Below, piece by piece: positions 19,473-26,445 of a stretch of DNA of 32,000 nt (the stretch's first letter is position 1; each line of letters opens with the position of its first letter). The notes beneath the pieces were generated by a model. The model was not told where the DNA came from, ran no database searches, and was given only the letters and a program-made list of their open reading frames with translations. The stretch is from Candidatus Nanopusillus sp. GTDB lineage: Archaea; Nanobdellota; Nanobdellia; Nanobdellales; Nanobdellaceae. The DNA is taken from the NCBI GenBank assembly GCA_046536775.1, contig JAWDMD010000001.1:60001-92000 (forward strand). The letters run 5' to 3'. Both the position numbers and the translations under genes were made by a program.

Positions 19473-21905
19473 ATGAGATTACCTAGAGATGTAAAACCAA
19501 TCAAATATCATATAAAACTGGATGTAGATATTAATAATTTAGAATATAGAGGAGAAGAAAATATAGAAATTGATATAAATAAACCTACAAATAAAATATA
19601 TTTACATTCAAGAGATATAAAAATAGAATTGATAAAGTTGGATAATAAAAAGGTGGGTTTTAAAATCATAGATAATGAAACAATTGAAATAAATCTATAT
19701 AATAAATATTATGGAAAAAATAAATTATATATAAAATTTAGGGGGAAGGTAAGAGATGATCTCATTGGATTTTACCTAAGTAAAGGAAAAGATAAAATAT
19801 TAACTACGCAATTTGAACCTACATATGCAAGATATTTTATTCCATGTTTTGATGAACCAGAATTTAAAGCAGAATTTGAATTGGAAGTAAAGATAAATAA
19901 GGATTATGATGTGATATCAAATACAGAAATAGAAAATGAAGAAACAAATGAAGATTATAAAATTGTAAAATTTAAGAAGACACCCCCAATGTCAACATAT
20001 TTATTATATTTGGGAATAGGAAAATTTGACTATTTAGAAGATAAATATGAAAATAAGAAAATAAGAATTGTTACTGATATTGATAAAGCTAAAGATGGAG
20101 AAAATGCTTTAGATTGGGCAAAAAAAGTATTAAAATATTATGAAAATTATTCCTCAATAGAATATCCATTAGAAAAATTGGATTTGATTGCAGTACCAGA
20201 TTTTGCTGCTGGAGCAATGGAAAATTGGGGTGCAATTACATTTAGAGAATCTGCACTATTATATAAAGAGGATTATTATTCATATGGACAAAGATTAAGG
20301 ATATATGAAGTTATAGCTCATGAATTATGGCATCAGTGGTCTGGAAATTTGGTTACTATGAAATGGTGGGATGATCTTTGGTTAAATGAATCTTTTGCAA
20401 CATATATGGCATATAAAGCTATGGATGAATTATTAAATGAAGATAATATTGGATCAAATTACATGTATGCTACTGATACATATGAAGCAAAATTTGAGGA
20501 TTCAACAATTTATACACATCCAATAAATGTTAAAGTAGAAAAAGAAGAAGAAATTGAAAGTATTTTTGATAGTATAAGTTATGGAAAAGGTGGAAATATA
20601 TTAAGAATGATAGATAATTATTTAGGATATGACAAATTTAGAGTTGCAATAATAAATTATTTGCATAAATATAAATATTCTAATGCTAGTTCTTCAGATT
20701 TATTTAAAGAATTTGAATTAATTGGTGGAAAGCATATAAGAGAAGTAATTGAAAAATTTGTAAATTCTCCTGGTTATCCAATAGTAAATACACATTATAA
20801 TAATCTTGTAATACATTTATCTCAATCAAGATTTTTATATAATAAGAAAGAAAATAAAAAATGGACAATACCTTTATTTTTAGATATAGAAGGAGAAAAA
20901 ATGAATATATTATTTAATAAATCAAAGGGAAAGATTATACTTAAAAGAGATCCAAGATACTTTATAATTAATAGAGATGCTATAGGTTTTTATATATCCA
21001 ATTATGAAAATTTAGAATATATAGGAAATGCAATTAAAGAAAAGAAAATATCACCATTAAGTAGGGCTGTTATTTTACATGATTATTATTTATTAGCATT
21101 AATGAATAAAATTAAATTGAAGAGATTATTTGAATTAATTGAATATTACAGAAATGAGGATAATTGGTTGGTTCTATCAATATTATACACAATATTATAT
21201 GATATATCATTTTACTTTAATATAGAAGAAAAGAGAATATTTGAACAATATAAAGATATATTTAAGAATTATTATAATATAGAAATAAAGGATTATAATA
21301 GTTTGATGTTAAAAAGATTGGCATATAGAACACTGGGATTCTTAAATGATTATAATATAATAAGAGATTCTTTTAATAAGTTTAAAGAATGGGAAAAATT
21401 AAATAATAATGATAGATTGGTTATATCCGATATAATTGGTTTGCATGGAGGAACAAATGAATATATGAGAATGTACAATCTATATTCCAAATCACAAAAT
21501 CCGGAGGAGAGAATAATATTATTAAGAGGATTATCTAACTTTAGAAGAACTAGTATAATTGTAGATTTATTGGATAAAGCAATAGATAATCATATAAAAT
21601 TACAAGATTGGAGAACATTATTTACAAATATATCAAAAAATCCGGAAGTTATTTATATATTATATCAATGGTTTAAGGATAATATTAGTGAGATAAAAAA
21701 ATATGAGAATGCATATTTAGTTATAAGAGATGTTATAAGAAGTTTATTTGAAGCATATACTGGAAATATTGTAAAAGATATAAAACAATTCATGATAAAA
21801 AACTTACCAAAATATAAGAATGATATAATAAAATTCAGCCATTATTCTGAAATATATACAAATTTCGTATCAAAGAATAAAGAAGATATAGAAGATTTGT
21901 TATGA
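19473..21905 (+). CDS. M1 family zinc aminopeptidase (aminopeptidase N / tricorn-interacting factor F3-like)
   Basis: GAMENWG exopeptidase motif and HELWHQWSGNLVTMKWWDDLWLNESFA (HExxH-x18-E). Confidence 0.92.
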   Translation: MRLPRDVKPIKYHIKLDVDINNLEYRGEENIEIDINKPTNKIYLHSRDIKIELIKLDNKKVGFKIIDNETIEINLYNKYYGKNKLYIKFRGKVRDDLIGFYLSKGKDKILTTQFEPTYARYFIPCFDEPEFKAEFELEVKINKDYDVISNTEIENEETNEDYKIVKFKKTPPMSTYLLYLGIGKFDYLEDKYENKKIRIVTDIDKAKDGENALDWAKKVLKYYENYSSIEYPLEKLDLIAVPDFAAGAMENWGAITFRESALLYKEDYYSYGQRLRIYEVIAHELWHQWSGNLVTMKWWDDLWLNESFATYMAYKAMDELLNEDNIGSNYMYATDTYEAKFEDSTIYTHPINVKVEKEEEIESIFDSISYGKGGNILRMIDNYLGYDKFRVAIINYLHKYKYSNASSSDLFKEFELIGGKHIREVIEKFVNSPGYPIVNTHYNNLVIHLSQSRFLYNKKENKKWTIPLFLDIEGEKMNILFNKSKGKIILKRDPRYFIINRDAIGFYISNYENLEYIGNAIKEKKISPLSRAVILHDYYLLALMNKIKLKRLFELIEYYRNEDNWLVLSILYTILYDISFYFNIEEKRIFEQYKDIFKNYYNIEIKDYNSLMLKRLAYRTLGFLNDYNIIRDSFNKFKEWEKLNNNDRLVISDIIGLHGGTNEYMRMYNLYSKSQNPEERIILLRGLSNFRRTSIIVDLLDKAIDNHIKLQDWRTLFTNISKNPEVIYILYQWFKDNISEIKKYENAYLVIRDVIRSLFEAYTGNIVKDIKQFMIKNLPKYKNDIIKFSHYSEIYTNFVSKNKEDIEDLL

Positions 21906-21936
21906 ATTTATAAAAATAATAATTAACAATGATCTT

Positions 21937-24072
21937 ATGGAAAGTAAAGATATTGTATTAATTACATCAGCATTACCATATGTAAATAATGTACCACATA
22001 TAGGACACATTGCTGGAAGTCTTTTACCCTCAGATATATTTGCAAGATACAATAGATTGAAAGGTAATATTGTATTTTATTTATGCGGAACAGATGACCA
22101 TGGATCTGCTACAGAGGTAGAAGCAATTAAAAGAAATAAAAAACCAGAAGAAATAGTTAATTTTTTTCATAATGTACATAAAGAAGTATATAAATGGTTT
22201 AATCTATCATTTGATCAATTTAGTCAAACCTCAAATAATCTTCTACATTATAAAATAGTACAAGAATTGTTTATTAAAGCATATATAAATGGTTATATAG
22301 TAGAAAAAGAGGTTGAATTACCATATGATCCTGAATGGAATAAATTTCTAGCCGATAGATTTGTTGTAGGAAAATGCCCATATTGTGGATATGAAAATGC
22401 TAGAGGGGATCAGTGTGAAAGTTGTGGTAGATTATTAGATCCTAAAGAACTAATTGACCCGAAGAATTCAATTACTGGGAATAAAATTATATTTAGAAAA
22501 ACAAAACATCTATATTTAAATTTAACTAAATTAGAGGATAAAATAAAAGAATATTTAGAAGGTAAAAAAGATATATTTACAGATCTAGCAATAACAATGT
22601 CTTTATCATGGATAAAAGAGGGTTTGAAGGAAAGAAGTATAACTAGAGATTTATCCTTCGGAGTACCAGTTCCACATAAAGAATTATGGCAAGTAACAAC
22701 TAAGAAAATATTTGACAAATTATCATTTAATTCAAAGGATGCTTTTGTTGATTCTTTAATAAATGCATTAAAAGATGAGGGTTTAGTAATAAATACAGAT
22801 GAATACACAAATATTTTAAAAATTGTAGAAGAAAATTGGCCAAAAGTTGATAGTATATTAAATCTATACAATCATTTTGAAGAATATAAAGATAAAGTAT
22901 TGTATGTTTGGTATGATGCTTTAATTGGATATATATCTTTTGTTGCACAAAAATTAAAGGAAGAATATATATATGATGATGTAAAGAATGAAAATATTAA
23001 TGATATATCTTTATTAGAAGATAATGGAAAAATAATTAAAATAAAAATAAATAATAAAATATATGAATTGGAATATAAAATAGATGGAAGTATTTTATAT
23101 TTATCTGGATTATATAATGAATTTTTTAATTTATATAAAATATTAAAATTCTTATTTGAAAATAAGAAAGTTATAAAAATTGTTTTAGATATTAATTGGA
23201 GGGAATTTTGGATAAATGGAAAAGCATATCATTTTTTAGGCAAAGATAATATTCCATTTCATGCAGTATTTTGGCCAGGAATTTTATTATCTACATATAA
23301 TGTAAGCGATAATTATAAGGAATTCTTTGAATATACAAAATTGGATAATTATAGTTTACCATATAATGTAATTGGACTATCTTATTTAACATATGAAAAT
23401 AAAAAAATTAGTAAAAGTCAGAATTGGGGTGTATTTTGTGATTCTTTAATTAAATCTGACCTTGATCCAGACTATTGGAGATTCTATCTTTCATATATTT
23501 TACCATATAATAGGGATTCTGACTTTAAATGGGATGATTTTCAATCCGTTATAAATAATGAATTGGTAAATAATATAGGAAATCTTACTCATAGAATTTT
23601 ATCTTTTGTTAGAAAAAATTATAACAATAAAATAGATGGTAATGTTAGAACAGATGTTATAGATACAATAGGTAATACATTAAATGAATATTACAAACAC
23701 ATGGATAAAGGAGAATTTAATTTGGCATTAAGAAAAATATTGGAACTATCTGGTTATGGAAATAAAATATTTCAAGAAAATAAACCATGGGAAAATCCTG
23801 AAAATAATAAAAATTTAGTTAAATCTTTAATTATATTGCTAATTTCTATATATACAATGCTATACCCATTTATACCAAATTCTTCAGAAAAATTCTTTGA
23901 ATTTATAAATTATAAAGAAATATCTTTTGATAACCTTAGTATTCTTCTACAATTTTCCAATAATATAGTTATAGAAATAATTAAAGAACCAAAAGTCCTA
24001 TTTAGTAAGGTTGATGACGATTCAATAAATAAATTAAAACAGACAGTAACTAAACCTTCAATAGATTTATAA
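21937..24072 (+). CDS. metG: Methionyl-tRNA synthetase with two large internal insertions
   Basis: Present are PHIGHIAG (HIGH), KISKSQ (KMSKS), the zinc knuckle CPYCGYENARGDQCESCG, YVWYDALIGY and FLGKDNIPFHAVFWP. There is no C-terminal tRNA-binding appendage. Confidence 0.95.
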   Translation: MESKDIVLITSALPYVNNVPHIGHIAGSLLPSDIFARYNRLKGNIVFYLCGTDDHGSATEVEAIKRNKKPEEIVNFFHNVHKEVYKWFNLSFDQFSQTSNNLLHYKIVQELFIKAYINGYIVEKEVELPYDPEWNKFLADRFVVGKCPYCGYENARGDQCESCGRLLDPKELIDPKNSITGNKIIFRKTKHLYLNLTKLEDKIKEYLEGKKDIFTDLAITMSLSWIKEGLKERSITRDLSFGVPVPHKELWQVTTKKIFDKLSFNSKDAFVDSLINALKDEGLVINTDEYTNILKIVEENWPKVDSILNLYNHFEEYKDKVLYVWYDALIGYISFVAQKLKEEYIYDDVKNENINDISLLEDNGKIIKIKINNKIYELEYKIDGSILYLSGLYNEFFNLYKILKFLFENKKVIKIVLDINWREFWINGKAYHFLGKDNIPFHAVFWPGILLSTYNVSDNYKEFFEYTKLDNYSLPYNVIGLSYLTYENKKISKSQNWGVFCDSLIKSDLDPDYWRFYLSYILPYNRDSDFKWDDFQSVINNELVNNIGNLTHRILSFVRKNYNNKIDGNVRTDVIDTIGNTLNEYYKHMDKGEFNLALRKILELSGYGNKIFQENKPWENPENNKNLVKSLIILLISIYTMLYPFIPNSSEKFFEFINYKEISFDNLSILLQFSNNIVIEIIKEPKVLFSKVDDDSINKLKQTVTKPSIDL

Positions 24073-24188
24073 ATAAAAGTTTATAAGCCAAAAATAAAAA
24101 ACTAATATATGGATAAAGCCGATGAAGACCCGCGTCTATTATATTTAGTATACTTCACAAATAAATATATTTTATATATTATTCTACC

Positions 24189-24239
24189 TTATTTCTTTCC
24201 TTCTTCTTTCTTTTCACCCTTGTCACCTTTCTTTGCCAT
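24189..24239 (-). other. Orphan 16-codon purine-rich ORF (MAKKGDKGEKKEEGKK) or 5' end of a small transcript
   Basis: ATG at 24239 and TAA at 24189-24191. The minus strand has TTTTTAAAT about 25 nt upstream of the ATG. A U-run (UUUUUUAUUUUU) lies about 120 nt downstream of the ATG. Function unknown. Confidence 0.2.
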
Positions 24240-24452
24240 AATATATTATTCTATAAAATATTTAAAAATCTTTCACCTTTTTATAACTTCAAATGAATAC
24301 TAATACGTAGTAAAATCTTAAACGGAGTAAATATTTATAAATAATTTATAAGGAAGTTATATATAAATATTTATAAAGTAATCAGAATATATAGAAATAT
24401 TGAAATAATATACAAAATTTAGATATCTGAAAATTTAATATATAAAGCAATA

Positions 24453-24476
24453 TTGGTTAAAAGATGTGATAACCAA
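24453..24476. repeat. Perfect 7-bp inverted repeat TTGGTTA-N10-TAACCAA (hairpin or binding site)
   Basis: Read directly: ttggtta aaagatgtga taaccaa, inside the 515-bp spacer upstream of trm5. Confidence 0.5.
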
Positions 24477-24587
24477 CATATTTAGAATAATGAGAAAAAT
24501 TAGGAATGAAGAAAAGAAAAATAAATAGTATAAATTTATTTAATAATAAAAAATAATATTTTTATTGTTTTTCATTTAAAATATATT

Positions 24588-25535
24588 ATGTCTTATGATA
24601 TTATAGGTGATATAGCTATAATTAAAAAGCCATTAAAATATGATGAAGAAGAATATGTAAAAAGAATATTGGAAAAGCATAAATTTATAAAAACAATTTT
24701 ATTACAAGAAACGGATGTTTTGCCTCCATATAGGATTCCAAAATATAAAATTCTGTATGGGGAAAATAAAACTGAAACAATTAATATTGAATATGGATTA
24801 AGATTTAGGGTGGATGTTCTTAGATGTTATTATTCTCCAAGATTGAGTAATGAAAGATATAGGATTGCAAAACAAGTAAAGGAAAATGAGGAAGTTTTAG
24901 TAATGTTTTCAGGTGTAAATGTATATCCAATATACATAGCAAAATATTCAAAGGCTAAGATAATCTACTCAATTGAATTAAATCCTTTTGCAGTAAAATA
25001 TGGATTGGAAAATTTAAGAATAAATAAGATAAATAATGTTATTACATTGCTAGGAGATGTAAAAGATATATCAAAATATATAGGTTATTTAGAGAATGGA
25101 GATGCAATAATAAAAAATGATTTAGAATATACAAAGGATATAGTTGATTCTGGATTGGAAATAAACAATCTATATATTTATGAATATGATGAAATGATAA
25201 AAAATATAAAATATAAAAAATTAAGATATGTTAGCGAATTAGAAAATTTAGAAAAATTTAATAAAAAGTTTGATAGGATTATAATGCCATTACCAAAAGA
25301 AAGTCATACATTTCTAGAATATGCAATACCTTTAATAAAAGATAATGGAATAATACACTTATATCAATTTTTTGAAGAAGAAAAAATAAAAGAGGGGGCG
25401 ATAGATTTATTAGAAAAATATTCCAATGAATTAAACTTTAAATATGAGATATTAAATATATTAAAAGTTGGTGATATTGCTCCGGGAAATTATAGGGTTT
25501 GCATAGATTTTAAGGTTATAAAAAATAAAATTTAA
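24588..25535 (+). CDS. trm5: Trm5/Taw2 (Met-10+ like) family tRNA methyltransferase, probable m1G37 enzyme
   Basis: FRVDVLRCYYSPRLSNERYRI, VLVMFSGVNVYPIYIAK (SAM site), ELNPFAVKYGLENLRINK and FDRIIMPLP are present. An insertion of about 60 aa precedes the last motif. Confidence 0.8.
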   Translation: MSYDIIGDIAIIKKPLKYDEEEYVKRILEKHKFIKTILLQETDVLPPYRIPKYKILYGENKTETINIEYGLRFRVDVLRCYYSPRLSNERYRIAKQVKENEEVLVMFSGVNVYPIYIAKYSKAKIIYSIELNPFAVKYGLENLRINKINNVITLLGDVKDISKYIGYLENGDAIIKNDLEYTKDIVDSGLEINNLYIYEYDEMIKNIKYKKLRYVSELENLEKFNKKFDRIIMPLPKESHTFLEYAIPLIKDNGIIHLYQFFEEEKIKEGAIDLLEKYSNELNFKYEILNILKVGDIAPGNYRVCIDFKVIKNKI

Positions 25536-25561
25536 AAATATCATAAGATTATTTTATCATT

Positions 25562-26020
25562 ATGAGGAGCGACTTTCTTACGACCCTTATTATAATATTT
25601 GGTATTATATTGGGAGTTGCGGTTATTTTATATTTATTTGTACCTCCACAAGTAATATTGAAACTTTTAGGAAAGAATGCTTCATCATCCACTCCCGCAT
25701 CATTTAAAATATCATATATGTACTTTACTTCAAATGATATATACGCAATAATATATAATAGTGGATCTGATATAGATTTAAACAATATGCAAATTACATA
25801 TACATATAATCAAAATAGTTATCAAACTGGCACATGTAATATAGTTACAGATAATTATACCTTACCTTCAAATAGTCAAACAACGATTGAATTAAATTGT
25901 ACAAATGAAGATCTAATTATAAGTAATTTAATGTCAAACAGTGGATCTTATGATTTTTCATTTATGTACGGAAATAATGTACAACAGGCTTCTTTACCAT
26001 TTAAAATTTCAAGTCAATAG
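25562..26020 (+). CDS. N-terminally membrane-anchored, sequon-rich beta-type protein (pilin-like or FlaF/FlaG-like)
   Basis: MRSDFLTTLIIIFGIILGVAVILYLFV forms a TM helix. It is followed by an N/S/T/Y-rich domain with two Cys. The architecture resembles the FlaF/G-like ORF at 29442. The stop codon abuts the 3' end of tRNA-Arg. Confidence 0.5.
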   Translation: MRSDFLTTLIIIFGIILGVAVILYLFVPPQVILKLLGKNASSSTPASFKISYMYFTSNDIYAIIYNSGSDIDLNNMQITYTYNQNSYQTGTCNIVTDNYTLPSNSQTTIELNCTNEDLIISNLMSNSGSYDFSFMYGNNVQQASLPFKISSQ

Positions 26021-26095
26021 CGGACCCAGGGGGATTCGAACCCCCGACCTACGGCTTAGAAGGCCGTCGCTCTATCCATGCTGAGCTATGGGTCC
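26021..26095 (-). tRNA. tRNA-Arg (anticodon UCU)
   Basis: The reverse complement GGACCCAUAGCUCAGCAUGGAUAGAGCGACGGCCUUCUAAGCCGUAGGUCGGGGGUUCGAAUCCCCCUGGGUCCG folds as a cloverleaf by hand. It has a 7-bp acceptor stem, a GCUC/GAGC D-stem, an ACGGC/GCCGU anticodon stem with loop CUUCUAA, and a GGGGG/CCCCC T-stem with loop UUCGAAU. There is no intron and no encoded CCA. Confidence 0.93.
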
Positions 26096-26120
26096 AATTA
26101 TAGAATATTATTTATGAAAA

Positions 26121-26127
26121 ATTAAAA
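26121..26127 (-). promoter_or_regulatory. TATA-like box TTTTAAT for tRNA-Arg, at -32 to -26 from the mature 5' end
   Basis: The minus strand reads GTA-TTTTAATTTTTC. The motif and spacing match the box upstream of tRNA-Pro to within 1 nt. Confidence 0.55.
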
Positions 26128-26139
26128 TACTTAAGCCTA

Positions 26140-26188
26140 TCTGTATATCGATGTTTCATCATTTATCAGTAATGCCTTGCATCTTCAT
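26140..26188 (-). ncRNA. Candidate C/D box sRNA (2'-O-methylation guide)
   Basis: The minus strand reads AUGAAGA(C)-UGCAAGGCAUUA(12)-CUGA(D')-UAA-AUGAUGA(C')-AACAUCGAUAUA(12)-CAGA(D). The 12/3/12 spacing is canonical and C'/D' are perfect. C and D each carry one change. A TTTTAAT box ends about 28 nt upstream of box C. Confidence 0.55.
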
Positions 26189-26215
26189 TATAAATATATA
26201 ATATATAAATGAGAT

Positions 26216-26222
26216 ATTAAAA
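26216..26222 (-). promoter_or_regulatory. TATA-like box TTTTAAT upstream of the C/D sRNA candidate
   Basis: The minus strand reads GATAATTTTAATATC. Applying the tRNA spacing predicts a start 2-3 nt before box C. Confidence 0.45.
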
Positions 26223-26306
26223 TTATCACAATATGTAAAATTTGTACTAAAATTACTGTTCAATAAAAAATTAACCAAGATTAATGAATTATGATCCATA
26301 ATATAT

Positions 26307-26311
26307 AAAAA
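26307..26311 (-). terminator. Oligo-U tract downstream of tRNA-Pro
   Basis: The minus strand reads ...A(73)UGUUGAGAUUUUUAU. A U5 run lies 9-13 nt after the tRNA 3' end, and archaeal terminators are oligo-T tracts. T-runs are common by chance in this AT-rich DNA. Confidence 0.35.
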
Positions 26312-26319
26312 TCTCAACA

Positions 26320-26390
26320 TGGGACCGCGGGGATTTGAACCCCGATCACTGGGACCCAAACCCAGTAGCCTACCACTAGCCTACGGCCCC
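26320..26390 (-). tRNA. tRNA-Pro (anticodon UGG)
   Basis: The reverse complement GGGGCCGUAGGCUAGUGGUAGGCUACUGGGUUUGGGUCCCAGUGAUCGGGGUUCAAAUCCCCGCGGUCCCA folds as a cloverleaf. It has a CUGGG/CCCAG anticodon stem with loop UUUGGGU (G37), and a CGGGG/CCCCG T-stem with loop UUCAAAU. No CCA is encoded. Confidence 0.93.
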
Positions 26391-26413
26391 TAAAAATAAA
26401 AGATTTTTCAAAA

Positions 26414-26421
26414 ATTTAAAA
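26414..26421. promoter_or_regulatory. Single palindromic TATA element (ATTTAAAA / TTTTAAAT) shared by divergent tRNA-Pro and rpl3
   Basis: It is the only strong TATA-like element in the 55-bp spacer 26391-26445. It lies at -31 to -24 from tRNA-Pro G1 on the minus strand, and at -32 to -25 from the rpl3 ATG on the plus strand. Confidence 0.55.
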
Positions 26422-26445
26422 GGGTTTTTAACAACATATTAAAAA

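Noticed and set aside
22675-23190. The MetRS insertions might be an intein.
   Set aside because: There are no intein block motifs: no N-terminal Cys/Ser after the junction and no terminal HN followed by Cys/Ser/Thr. The inserted sequence is split into two separate sites.
24120-24145. A second C-box-like heptamer AUGAAGA (24122-24128), identical to the box C variant of the sRNA candidate, might mark a second C/D sRNA.
   Set aside because: No CUGA or CAGA box follows at 12 nt or anywhere in the next 60 nt or so, on either strand. The C/D architecture is not present.
24109-24303. A 64-aa plus-strand ORF in the long spacer (MDKADEDPRLLYLVYF...).
   Set aside because: Its composition is F/Y/I/L-rich and characteristic of non-coding AT-rich DNA. 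It has no promoter-like box at the right distance and no recognisable family. I treat the region as non-coding with unknown elements instead.
24073-24587. The long AT-rich spacer might be a replication origin.
   Set aside because: I found no repeated ORB or mini-ORB-like elements; only trivial A/T repeats such as AAATATTTATAAA occur twice. No orc1/cdc6 gene lies nearby. This cannot be excluded without genome-wide skew analysis, but the window does not support it.
26159-26359. A 66-aa minus-strand ORF (MGPSDRGSNPRGP...).
   Set aside because: Its 5' part is simply tRNA-Pro read as protein, and the rest covers the intergenic region and the sRNA candidate. It is spurious.
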